DNA of 63,836 bases, filler included, from Acidimicrobiia bacterium (GCA_041577335.1; 4 parts of 4 records of this genome joined end to end with filler, not necessarily neighbours in it), one strand, 5' to 3'. Numbered from the whole stretch's first letter, positions 30,601 to 39,106 are shown. A program made the numbers and translations. Notes: generated by a model not told the origin, from the letters alone.

Positions 30601-30795
30601 CGGAGAGTCAGAGAGGAGGTAGCCCGAGCCCGTTCTCAGGTGGAGGAGTCGGTTGCCGATGAGGTGTGGGAGCAGGCGGTCACTGGTGGCTATCCGGCAG
30701 CGCTGACGCTGATGGAGTCGTCTCCGGGCTCGGACAGTCCCAGCCGTGTGGCTATCTCCGGATCGACGGTCGGGTCGCCGGCCGGGGGCACATAG
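27700..30795 (+). CDS. AfsR/SARP-family regulator (OmpR-type wHTH + BTAD + NB-ARC ATPase + TPR)
   Basis: FSVLGPL, LMTALYRSGRQADAL, LGIDPS, P-loop GLGGIGKT, VVDNCE, LDGIPLAIELAAAR, LDWSY and C-terminal TPR-like helices. Confidence 0.92.
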   Translation: MHFSVLGPLRIEEEGAAVALSAPRQRSLLGLLLVHANEVVSTDRILEEIWGDEPPASGIKTLHYHVSKLRDALGSGARLLTHPPGYLLEADRDEFDVFEFEDLAFAGKKQLADDPEQAAEVLGRALELWRGAPYADFAYEAFAIPEINRLTVLHRTTVADRVEGDLACGRHRELIAELEGLVDAHPYDERFRAQLMTALYRSGRQADALQAYQDARALLGDELGIDPSAELQALEEQILLQAPELASPSASTSAFNLPSYLSRFIGRVDELAAIEALLASNRLLTLVGLGGIGKTRMVIEAASGRTGAHRHGVTMVDLSSTLDPAAVPQAFADAFGLRVEASTSLEDSIVAYLGRRDMLVVVDNCEQVLAASAQLMHRVLVAAPSVTVLATSREPLGIPGEVTYRVPPLGVVPGDADQLPDALGLFVDRAERRRSDLDPDDRFKAIALRICERLDGIPLAIELAAARLRVMSIAELEQGLNDRFVILTGGDRTEPLRHQTLQATLDWSYELLDVEEQMLLRRLAVFRGGFDYRAFASCVGDLVSRPPLDVLTRLCDTSMVMPGRGEPARYRLLETIREYAAEKLDEAGEADDAHERHAQYYGEMAVRTDEEALSGDRVAAFERLRADEANVRTAIAWAVTHGAAALALDIAAATGEFWFHSDHIQARRLFALAVDAADDPDPTTLFTVLAHMSRFANWEGKTDEADALIARQRRLAQSTGDSRALARSLASQGAVAWTRGSFTRAREYLSDALKEIDVAATPEAAKWLAQVSWLATWMGDLTEAERCIAELERLASGQEDPTIEARIADCRGTILLQVGELERAAAELRHARQLFAKVGMTFNVLDMLQSEATILIDLERYDEAQATVDQLLAQAREVHDARSAARGVLLQGRLEAELGDPQAAERRLRSSLRMSDEAGNRAGVLLAVLALASAADRQDRPDEVLRLHGIAESIRTELAIELPAVTQRRVREEVARARSQVEESVADEVWEQAVTGGYPAALTLMESSPGSDSPSRVAISGSTVGSPAGGT

Positions 30796-31523
30796 AGCGT
30801 TGCTCTCATGGAGATGTCTGCAGATGCCAACTCGCCGATCGTCACGTACTCGATGGTCGGTTCACCCACCGGGTAGATCGCTGCGACGTAGAGGACCACC
30901 TCATGCTCCGGTCCGTAGAGGTCGGCCAGTAGTTCGGAGAGGACTTTGATCCCGCGATAGTTGGGCTTGGAAACTGCCTTTGTTTCGCCAACGACGACGG
31001 GCTGCCAGAGGACGAGGGGAGTGTGGATGTCGATGGTCCGGGGCCGGACCAGAAAGTCGTTGGCTTTGTAGGTTTGCAGGCCCTGGTCTCCCGGATTGAC
31101 GCCCAGATCGGCGAACAGGCAATCCTCGGCAGAGACGCCGGGGAGCATGACTGCCTCGTAGCCCTCTGCCCGAGCCCGTCGAACCGCCTGGTGGCCAGGC
31201 GCAACGACGACCCCGGGGTGCCCGTAGAATGCGGCGCACACTCGTTTGCCGGCTCGGACCGAGTCGAGGATCAGCTCGACCATCTCGTGGTAGGTGTCGG
31301 CTCGTCGCTTGGTGGTTCCGTAGAGCGTTTCGAGTGACGTCGCATGGGGGTTCAGGTCTTCGATGACGGCAGCGGCGATTGGTTCGCCGACCTGATAGAA
31401 CACCTCGTCGGCGGCAGTGATTTGCTGGCGCGCCTCCGGCGTGAGCTGGAGGCCGGCCCGCATACCTGTGCCCACGACGAATAGGCGTCCAGATTCGAGA
31501 TGCCCGGTCTTGCTAGTTGTCAA
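30690..31523 (-). CDS. Borosin peptide alpha-N-methyltransferase (SonM/OphMA-like)
   Basis: GRLFVVGTG, LY-x6-R-x3-Y-x2-M active-site region, FYGHPGV, MLPGVSAEDCLFADLGVNPG, LVLWQ and TLYVPP. The TTG start overlaps the precursor's 3' end. Confidence 0.9.
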   Translation of the reverse strand: MTTSKTGHLESGRLFVVGTGMRAGLQLTPEARQQITAADEVFYQVGEPIAAAVIEDLNPHATSLETLYGTTKRRADTYHEMVELILDSVRAGKRVCAAFYGHPGVVVAPGHQAVRRARAEGYEAVMLPGVSAEDCLFADLGVNPGDQGLQTYKANDFLVRPRTIDIHTPLVLWQPVVVGETKAVSKPNYRGIKVLSELLADLYGPEHEVVLYVAAIYPVGEPTIEYVTIGELASADISMRATLYVPPAGDPTVDPEIATRLGLSEPGDDSISVSAAG

Positions 31524-31728
31524 TGATGACTAGGGGAATCGCAATCCCGGTTTCGCCCTGCCGTTTTAGTGCTCCCTGGATCTCTCTGACGTTACCTCTG
31601 ATGGCGATCTCGATGACCTCGTCAGCGATCCCAGGGAATCTCTCTCTCGCAGCGCTCCATGGGTCGGCCTCCCACAGTGCCCGAAAGTCCTCGTCGTCGG
31701 CGATTGCCACGAGCAGTTGCTTCAGCAT
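31513..31728 (-). CDS. Split-borosin precursor peptide (BBD leader + hydrophobic core)
   Basis: 71 aa. LKQLLVAIADDEDFRALWEADP...AIRGNVREIQGAL helical leader and C-terminal GIAIPLVIIDN. Strong CAGGAG RBS. Directly upstream of the methyltransferase. Confidence 0.8.
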   Translation of the reverse strand: MLKQLLVAIADDEDFRALWEADPWSAARERFPGIADEVIEIAIRGNVREIQGALKRQGETGIAIPLVIIDN

Positions 31729-31836
31729 CGTCTCCTGCCCTCCTGTCGTCGGAAACGCCCCAGTCCGACCCTACTCGGTGTGGCTTCGATTGTGCGGCGG
31801 CTGGAGGGGACTGTTGCTGGGCCACCAGGGCGACAT

Positions 31837-32337
31837 TCACGGCAGTGCATCAGGAGAAACATCACGCGGTGACTGAGCTTCGGCTCTCTCTGGCCTAGTG
31901 GCGCGGGGCACGTTGCGGAAGCCGACCCGACGGTGCGATAGATCACAGAACGGCTGGTTCTCGCTACTGCCGCACCGGCATAGGGTCATGCGGGGTCCGG
32001 CTTCGAAGAGGTTGCCTTTGGCGTCCCTCACTTGAAGGTTGCCGCGAACCATCAGCGGGCCGTTGGGCCAGGGGATGATTGTCGTCTCTGCCGGAACCGG
32101 CTCGTCAGGTCCGCCGTCGAGCCGTTCGTATGTCAGTGCCCCCGTCGGGCACCGCTCGACAGCAGCGGCGACCTCGTCGGCGTTTGCCGCATCGATGCGG
32201 ACCCACGGGGAGCGGTTGACATCGAACACCTGTGGCAGTGCCTTGAGGCAGATGGCGGTGTGAATGCACAGCGCCGAGTTCCAGTGCACCCGAATCGAGT
32301 CTGTCTCGTAAGTACGTTCAACCATTGGTGCCTCCAT
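31837..32337 (-). CDS. Divergent 4Fe-4S (YjdI-like) + CDGSH-type Fe-S protein
   Basis: CIHTAIC...CPTGAL and GPL...LCRCGSSENQPFCDLSH. Confidence 0.88.
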   Translation of the reverse strand: MEAPMVERTYETDSIRVHWNSALCIHTAICLKALPQVFDVNRSPWVRIDAANADEVAAAVERCPTGALTYERLDGGPDEPVPAETTIIPWPNGPLMVRGNLQVRDAKGNLFEAGPRMTLCRCGSSENQPFCDLSHRRVGFRNVPRATRPERAEAQSPRDVSPDALP

Positions 32338-32705
32338 GAGTGCCGGCCTCTCCGCACGGTAGTGGCCCGTTCCCAGTCAATGGGGGTTCGCGCACGGGAG
32401 CGACTCCGGATTTCGGAGCGGCCGGCCAGTGTTCGCGTCCGACAGGCCTGGGATTGTTTCCCACTCAACGTTTGTTAAGGGGCTTGCCTTAGGTTCCCTT
32501 TCATTCGGGAGGGACAGTCCCTCCCGGCAGGGGAAGAGAACATCGCGGTGGGCGCAAGAGCGCCGCCGAACGGTCTCGCAATCGCACATCCAAGGATCCT
32601 GTTGGGCTGGCGCGCACCCGACGGCAGGCATTGGCGGCGTACGCGACGGACCCAGGTGTCTTCACCGGCGACGAGCCGGGCCCCTGCAATAGCAAAGGGG
32701 AAGAC

Positions 32706-33245
32706 ATGAGTAAGGAACTCATCACCAAGGGGCCGAACGTCCCGACTGAGAAACGAGCGTTGGCACGGCTCGAGCGGGCGATCGAGCTCGGCGAGCTCGA
32801 GGATCTGGGCGGCCTTCCGGCCATTCCAGGAACGCCTCGCTATCTCGTCACCTACATGAACTCGCAGACCAGAAACGAGGCGATGCGCTCGGCGACGGTG
32901 GTGTCCATCACCAACCAGAGCCGCCTGATCAATCGAGTGTGGGTCTCGTTCTTCAAGGGGTTCACAGACGACTCGTCGTCGGTGGCCACGGTCGGGTTTG
33001 CGATCCCGCCGCAGTACACCGTGGACTTCGCATCACGCTCGCTGCCGGGGGAGCTGACCGTCACGAACGCAGTCGCCAATCCGGAGCTGACGTTCGATGA
33101 GGGACGCGCCGTCGTCTCATCCATGTGGCCCGAGATCGGTGTCAGTGCCCGTGTGATCTACACGGCAGGAGACAACGACGAGCGGCTCCACGCGATCACC
33201 GACTCCAAGGTGGTTCGCTACGGCAACCGCAACCGAGGCGACTAG
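32706..33245 (+). CDS. Hypothetical protein
   Basis: 179-aa ORF with an AAGGGGAAG RBS and beta-rich composition. Confidence 0.65.
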   Translation: MSKELITKGPNVPTEKRALARLERAIELGELEDLGGLPAIPGTPRYLVTYMNSQTRNEAMRSATVVSITNQSRLINRVWVSFFKGFTDDSSSVATVGFAIPPQYTVDFASRSLPGELTVTNAVANPELTFDEGRAVVSSMWPEIGVSARVIYTAGDNDERLHAITDSKVVRYGNRNRGD

Positions 33246-33306
33246 TCGCCTGACATCCGGCGCGGCAGGTGCATACCTGCTGCGCCGGGTGTCTCAGATC
33301 AGATCG

Positions 33307-34437
33307 TTACCCGTCGGAGCTGCGGATGACGACGAGTTGGTCGGCAGCTGATTCGGCTCCCCATACCTCACCGGGCCGTCCGAGGATCTGGCGTACGTTG
33401 CTCGGGTCGGACGGAAGGTCGAACGTGTCAAACGTCTCGCTGGCAGGATCGAATCGATGGATGGCGTTGCCACCGAAATCAGACACCCACACAAGGTCGC
33501 GGTCGTCGACGTACACGGCGTACGCCTGCGGCTGTGCCCCGGGCAAAGGCCAGGTGGTCCATCTCTCCGTCTCCGGCACATAGCGACTCAGCTGACCTGA
33601 GTTCCATTCGCTCACCCATATCGAGCCTTGCGAGTCCGACCACACCCTGCGTGCTCCCTGGCTTGGCGTCGGCGGTTCGAGCACCGTGACCGATTTGTCG
33701 GGTGAGATGAGCCCAACGTAGCTTCCTGCCAGCGAGGCGAAGAACACACTTCCGAGCGGTGTGGCGGCAATGCCGTACGGGCCACGACCTCGAGGTGCGT
33801 CGAAGACCTCCATGTCGCCACTGGCCGGATCGAGCACTCCATAGACTCCGTTCTGCCCCGTGAACCACAACTGGCCAGCTCCGTCGAAGGCGGCCGTGTT
33901 CAGGTTGGCGTCGGGCCGATCGGCAGGCAGCCCGAAGGTGGTGACCTCGCCGTTGGAAGGGTCCACTCGGACGATGGCATTCAGGCCCCCGTCGGTCACC
34001 CACGCCAACCCGTCGGCTCCAACGATCACGCCGTGCGGTCGGGATCCGGCCCCCAGGGGGATGTGACGAGTCTCGCCAGTATCGGGGTCCAGCCAGCCCA
34101 GCTCTCCGGAGCCCTGCGCCGTATACCAGACGCCGCCGTCGGCAGCCGGTGCCACGTCGTGAGGTCGCGAGCCGGCCGGAACCGGATAAGCCACCACTTC
34201 GAGCTCGGAGGCGGAGGTTACTGGTCGATTCGTCGTCGACGCTGTCGTGGAACTCGGCTCGGCCGAGCCGCCCGCCCGCCCTGGTGCCGTCTCGGTTGGC
34301 GGCGTGCTGGTCGACGCTGAGCTCGCTTGCTCGCCCGTGGCCGGCGCCAGCGTGCTGTTGTCGGTCGAGCTAGCGGTGCAAGCGGCGGCTACCAGCAAAA
34401 GGGCCGCCAGGACCCCAGGCCGACTACGGTTCAACAC
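33307..34437 (-). CDS. Vgb (virginiamycin B lyase)-like beta-propeller lipoprotein
   Basis: Lipobox VAAAC, Ser/Thr linker, then PHDVAP..VWYTAQ, PHGVIVG, GPYGI and WVSEW propeller blades. Confidence 0.8.
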   Translation of the reverse strand: MLNRSRPGVLAALLLVAAACTASSTDNSTLAPATGEQASSASTSTPPTETAPGRAGGSAEPSSTTASTTNRPVTSASELEVVAYPVPAGSRPHDVAPAADGGVWYTAQGSGELGWLDPDTGETRHIPLGAGSRPHGVIVGADGLAWVTDGGLNAIVRVDPSNGEVTTFGLPADRPDANLNTAAFDGAGQLWFTGQNGVYGVLDPASGDMEVFDAPRGRGPYGIAATPLGSVFFASLAGSYVGLISPDKSVTVLEPPTPSQGARRVWSDSQGSIWVSEWNSGQLSRYVPETERWTTWPLPGAQPQAYAVYVDDRDLVWVSDFGGNAIHRFDPASETFDTFDLPSDPSNVRQILGRPGEVWGAESAADQLVVIRSSDG

Positions 34438-34504
34438 CGGAGTAACAGTACCCGGGCGGCCTCCGGCACCGCCTTTCGCCGCGACTTTCTCTGATGAGTC
34501 CTGC

Positions 34505-35884
34505 TCAGCCGATCGGCTCGAACCGTGCCTGGAAGAACCGCAGCGTTTCCGGCTCGTACGTGAACCGCAGGCCGCGCACTTCCTCAGCGTGCTCGTGCAC
34601 AGACAAAACCGACTCGGCGACGACATCCATGTGCGCCTGGGTATATACCCGTCGGGGAATCGCCAGTCGCACCAGCTCGAGCTTGGGAAAGTGGTGGTCT
34701 CCGGTCACCGGATCGCGGCCCGCCGACACCACGCCGCGTTCCATCCCTCGCACGCCCGCATCGAGAAACAGCTGGGCGGTGAGTGACTGAGCGGGGAACT
34801 CGTCTTGGGGGATGTGGGGGAGGATCTGGCGGGCGTCGAGGAAGACACCGTGGCCGCCAATCGGCAGCACGAGCGGGATCCCGGCCTTGAAGAGGCGGTT
34901 GCCGAGGTACTCGACCTGGCCGATCCGAGCGCGGATGTGGTCATCGGTGGCGACCATTTCTTCGATGCCTCTCGCCAGCGCCTCCATGTCTCGTCCCGAC
35001 ATTCCGCCATAGGTGTGCAGCCCCTCGAACGCGACGAGAAGCGAGCGCGCCTTACGGGCCAGCTCCGGATCGCGCAGGGCCAGAAAGCCGCCGATGTTGA
35101 CGAGATTGTCCTTTTTCGACGACACCGTGGCTCCGTCGGAATACGAGCAGATTTCGAGAAGGATCTCGCCGACCGACTTGTTTTCGTAGCCGCTTTCGCG
35201 CTGCTGAATGAAGTAAGCGTTCTCGAGTGCTCGGGTGGCGTCGAGCATCACCAGAATCCCGTGGCGTCGGCACAGCTCGTAGGTCGCCCGCAGGTTGGCC
35301 ATCGACACGGGCTGGCCGCCCGCCATGTTGACGTTGGTCTCGAGCGAGAGGTAGGGGATTCGGTTGGCTCCTACCCGGTCGATCAAAGCTTGGAGTTTCC
35401 CGAGGTCGATGTTCCCCTTGAAGGGGTGTTGTGCGGCGGGGTCGTGGGCCTCGTCGATGATGACGTCGGCGAAGATTCCGCCGGCCAGCTCCTGGTGAAA
35501 ACGTGTGGTTGTGAAATACATGTTTCCAGGGATCGTGTCGCCGGGCGTGATGAGAATCTGGCTGAGGATGTGCTCGGCTCCTCGCCCTTGATGAGTTGGG
35601 ATCAGCTCTTGGTATCCATAGACGTCGCGCACCGCCTGTTCGAGGTGGTAGTAGCTCTTGCTGCCGGCATACGCCTCGTCGCCCAGCATGAGGCCCGCCC
35701 ACTGGTAGTCCGACATGGCTGATGTTCCTGAGTCGGTGAGCAGGTCGATGTAGACGTCCTCCGACCGCAGCAAGAACGTGTTGTAGCCGGCGTCCTCGAT
35801 GGCCTTTTGCCGGTGTTCACGGGTGGTCATGCGGATCGGCTCGACCATCTTGATCTTGTACGGCTCGGCCCAGCTCTTCGTCAT
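34505..35884 (-). CDS. tpl: Tyrosine phenol-lyase (tryptophanase family, PLP)
   Basis: DLLTDSGT, GDEAYAGS, HQGRGAE and PLP lysine SSKKD. TPL-type YFTTTR, ERGVVSAGR and LRFFQARF. Confidence 0.78.
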   Translation of the reverse strand: MTKSWAEPYKIKMVEPIRMTTREHRQKAIEDAGYNTFLLRSEDVYIDLLTDSGTSAMSDYQWAGLMLGDEAYAGSKSYYHLEQAVRDVYGYQELIPTHQGRGAEHILSQILITPGDTIPGNMYFTTTRFHQELAGGIFADVIIDEAHDPAAQHPFKGNIDLGKLQALIDRVGANRIPYLSLETNVNMAGGQPVSMANLRATYELCRRHGILVMLDATRALENAYFIQQRESGYENKSVGEILLEICSYSDGATVSSKKDNLVNIGGFLALRDPELARKARSLLVAFEGLHTYGGMSGRDMEALARGIEEMVATDDHIRARIGQVEYLGNRLFKAGIPLVLPIGGHGVFLDARQILPHIPQDEFPAQSLTAQLFLDAGVRGMERGVVSAGRDPVTGDHHFPKLELVRLAIPRRVYTQAHMDVVAESVLSVHEHAEEVRGLRFTYEPETLRFFQARFEPIG

Positions 35885-36428
35885 GAGATTGGCTCCTTCG
35901 GTGTGAACTCTGGATACGTTGTTGTGGCCCTATCGTCGGTCGCATGCTGTGCCGGCTGCCAGGGCACGTTGGCACCATCGTGGAGGCCACTCGGCCTAGG
36001 GGCATGGCGGTGCGATTGCGGCAACGAGGGTCCGACGGTTTCCCGTTCCTTTCGCAGGTTGGCTCCATGCGTGCCGCATGCCGAGCTAGAACCTCGCGTC
36101 TCTTTGGAGCCCTGGTCGTCTTTGCCGGTAATCCCAACACGAAAACCCCTCGCCCTCTCGTATGTGGTAGTTCCGCAACTGCACGCTCGCTCCGTTCGCT
36201 GGTGGGAGAAATGCGTACGTCTCTGCAAGGGGTGAGAACCTTTCTTGTTCTCGAGTGCAATTGCATCGCAGCTGCATGGAGGTTGATTGCGCGGGTACGC
36301 GGTAGCAGGGGTGCGGCAGCTTTGGCGCCGGTTGTGAGTTGCCGGTTTCCTCCTCCAGCGAGGCCTTGGGCGAGCGTTGGGGAAGTGGTTCCGCCGGTGG
36401 GCGGAAGCGGAGGGGGCAGAGGCGTCAC

Positions 36429-36528
36429 NNNNNNNNNNNNNNNNNNNNNNNNNNNNNNNNNNNNNNNNNNNNTTAATTAATTAANNNNNNNNNNNNNNNN
36501 NNNNNNNNNNNNNNNNNNNNNNNNNNNN
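36429..36528. other. Artificial contig join
   Basis: 100-nt N spacer with TTAATTAATTAA. Confidence 0.97.
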
Positions 36529-36529
36529 C

Positions 36530-36730
36530 ACCATCGCCTACTGCGTCAACGGCTCATGCGCCTTCCAGATTGGCGATCAACTCGACGAACGGTTCGAGAT
36601 CGGGCCCGGAGACTACGCCTACATACCAGCAGGCACCGTCCACACCGAGGAAACCGGACCCAACGGCGTCGAGCTGATATTCGCCCGCGATCGACAAGGC
36701 GGCGAAACAACCCCACACGACGACCGATGA
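36530..36730 (+). CDS. Cupin-domain protein, 3' fragment (absent from the ORF track)
   Basis: Open frame from the contig edge: TIAYCVNGS...EIGPGDYAYIPAGTVHTEE (cupin motif 2, G-x5-P-x-G-x2-H). Confidence 0.7.
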   Translation, partial: TIAYCVNGSCAFQIGDQLDERFEIGPGDYAYIPAGTVHTEETGPNGVELIFARDRQGGETTPHDDR

Positions 36731-36949
36731 CACCAACTCGCTTGATCGCGACCAGAGACCATGGGCGGACGGGGGCAAGCCCAGCCGATGCCGATGCATC
36801 CCGGCACGGATGCCCGCGCCGGGACTGATTGCGCCCCTGATCACCAAATCCCGGACAATTAGGCGCAACTCATCGAGTGCGCAGACCGGCACCTCGTGCG
36901 CTGGTTGCGCACTCAGAGATGATCACGATGCGTGGTCGCCGGCACTTGG

Positions 36950-37489
36950 TCATGCATCCGATTTGCCGGGTCCGGTTGCCTGCTGGGTGTCTCCCCGTTC
37001 GTAGATGAAGTCCCCTTCGTTTGCCCGCTGGTTCAGGTACCGCTCGACGGCCTCGGCGGTTGCCTCCGGGGCAGAGATTGCGAGATAGCCGGAGCTGAGA
37101 ACGTCGAACCAGCAATCCCAGGGCTCCATGTCGATGAGGATCTGTCGCCACCGATCATCGTTATCCCCGGGTTTCAGGTCCGGGAAGACAACCCGAAACG
37201 TCCGGCTGGAGCTTCGATCAACCACTCGGACCGCTACGGGGGCACCTTCGCCGGATTCGATGAGCTCCACGACGTCGTCAAGGTTCACACCGTACGTCCA
37301 GAGGGGGACACCAACCAGACGGGCTCGATCCTCCGCCTCGCGGATGGCCAGTACACCCTCCCACAGCTCCCTGTCGGCATCGAACGCGAACCAGACCGTC
37401 GTGTCCTCCTCGAGTGCGCCCGGGTAGACGATGAAAGTGCCGCTGGCGTAGCGGCTTGCTTTGCTTGGATGCTCCATGAAGGAGGCCAA
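36950..37489 (-). CDS. DUF4265-like protein
   Basis: WEGVLA..., VPLWTYGVNLDDVV, RSSSRTFRV and YLAIS pattern. Confidence 0.6.
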   Translation of the reverse strand: MASFMEHPSKASRYASGTFIVYPGALEEDTTVWFAFDADRELWEGVLAIREAEDRARLVGVPLWTYGVNLDDVVELIESGEGAPVAVRVVDRSSSRTFRVVFPDLKPGDNDDRWRQILIDMEPWDCWFDVLSSGYLAISAPEATAEAVERYLNQRANEGDFIYERGDTQQATGPGKSDA

Positions 37490-37638
37490 TGTTCAGCCTC
37501 CGATCTGAGGTTGTCGGCCACCGAACACTACGCCTATGAGCATAGGAATCGAGTGCCGCAGATCACTCAATCCGGGACCAGAACGCACATTCCGGAGAGT
37601 GCGCGAGATCGGCACCCCTGTGCGCCTCAGGATGACGA

Positions 37639-38286
37639 TCAGGCAACGAGTTCGACGAAGGTCTCCATTGCGAGCAGGTCGGCAAAGATGTGTGAGATGG
37701 CGGGCCAACGCACACTGCCAGTGTGGCGGGCAACCAGACCGTAGAGCAGTCCCAGGAACACCGCAGCGACTGCGAACGGGAGGGATCCACCTTCCCCTGG
37801 ATCAATGATCTGGGGTGCCAGATGCCACAGACCGAACGCAATCGACGGGTAGATCAGACCCCACCACCATTGGTCCGGGAACGACGTGATAAAGACGCCC
37901 CGCCACAGCAGTTCCTCGGCTGTGCCATTGACAACGGCGAACGTGATGGCGACAGCAACCGCAGCGACGCTGAGCTCGGCCAGTGGCACCCACCCAAGGG
38001 CGAGACTCCCTGCTGGAGGGCCAAGCAGCAGCAAGCCCCACAGCGGACCTGGCCGCCTTGGCGTCGTCCACAGCAACTCCCGTACCCGACGGCCGCCGAG
38101 AAGCCAAACGGGGAAACCGAATCCCCATATGGCCCAGTAGACCAAGAAGCCCAACAGCCAACCGGCACGGTCACCGAAGACTTCTGCAAGGACCACGAAA
38201 ACGATCGGCATGGTCACGATCACCAAGATCGAGCCCACGATCGCGCGTCTGCGAACCCGCTCTGTGACCGCACTCAATGCAGCCAT
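37639..38286 (-). CDS. CPBP/Abi-family intramembrane metalloprotease
   Basis: EELLWRG, FGLWH and H-x3-D motifs; multi-TM. Confidence 0.85.
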   Translation of the reverse strand: MAALSAVTERVRRRAIVGSILVIVTMPIVFVVLAEVFGDRAGWLLGFLVYWAIWGFGFPVWLLGGRRVRELLWTTPRRPGPLWGLLLLGPPAGSLALGWVPLAELSVAAVAVAITFAVVNGTAEELLWRGVFITSFPDQWWWGLIYPSIAFGLWHLAPQIIDPGEGGSLPFAVAAVFLGLLYGLVARHTGSVRWPAISHIFADLLAMETFVELVA

Positions 38287-38692
38287 AACGCCAATGCTAC
38301 CGACCCGCGTTTGCAGCCCGACCACTGCGCTGCGCCCAGGACTGTCCGAACAACCCGGAGCGGTCCGTCACAGTCGAGATGCCCGAACCGCTCGGTGACC
38401 GGGAGATCATCGACGGACTAGCGACCGGGCTGGACCCATCCGACTTCCTCGAGCAGCGATGCTCCCGGCTTGGGCCGAGCCCGGCCAATCACCCTCGAAC
38501 CAGGCTTGACCTGTGAGCTGGCGTCACACCGACGCTCGCTGCAAGCGCCGATCACCAAATACAGAGCACGAACGCTCATTCCGCCAGGTGGGGAATATCG
38601 GCACATATTGAGTCTTCAACGAGTGGGTAGAGTCGGTGCCGCAGGCGCTTGGTGTCAACGATGTGCACCCATGTGCGGAGAGGGAGAGGGCT

Positions 38693-39106
38693 TTGAGGAA
38701 GACCGTACTCCAGATGTGGGCTGAGGCGAACGAACGGGTCGACACCGTCACACCTGCCGCCCTCGCTGAGGAACTGGACTCAGGCGACGTTGTGCTGTTG
38801 GACGTTCGACTACCGACGGAGATCGAGCGGAGAGGACGGGTTGAGGGAGCGGTCCCCGTCCCTCGCCAAGTCGTGGAGTGGTGGGCGGACCCCGAGAGCC
38901 CCTACTTCCGTGCTGATGGTGTCTTTGGGGACTTCGAGCAACGCATTGTCACGATGTGCGACGGCGGTGGCAATGGGACGTTCACGGCGGTCACGCTTCA
39001 GGAACTCGGCTACCGCAATGTGGCGACTCTCGAAGGTGGCTTCTACGGCTGGATCGGTGCAGGGCTACCAGTCACGCAGGCGGACAACCAGTCAGTCCGC
39101 CCATAA
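38693..39106 (+). CDS. Rhodanese-like domain protein
   Basis: LLDVR, active-site loop CDGGGNG and LGYRNVATLEGGFYGW. Confidence 0.85.
   Translation: MRKTVLQMWAEANERVDTVTPAALAEELDSGDVVLLDVRLPTEIERRGRVEGAVPVPRQVVEWWADPESPYFRADGVFGDFEQRIVTMCDGGGNGTFTAVTLQELGYRNVATLEGGFYGWIGAGLPVTQADNQSVRP

Noticed and set aside
30690..31523. Uroporphyrinogen/precorrin methyltransferase assignment
   Set aside because: It has YGHP rather than GDP, borosin-type motifs and a coupled precursor, and there are no cobalamin or siroheme genes nearby.
31622..31840. 72-aa ORF as a second precursor
   Set aside because: It overlaps the better-supported precursor in another frame and has no BBD-like pattern.
33307..34437. 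Vgb as a bona fide streptogramin resistance gene or part of the borosin cluster
   Set aside because: Vgb-like propellers are widespread, this one is a lipoprotein apparently transcribed from its own promoter, and nothing in the sequence shows its substrate.
35885..36428. TnaC-like leader peptide or T-box upstream of tpl
   Set aside because: No Trp/Tyr-dependent leader or T-box consensus was visible.
37639..38286. CPBP protease as the borosin maturation or immunity enzyme
   Set aside because: It lies on a different contig, across an artificial join.
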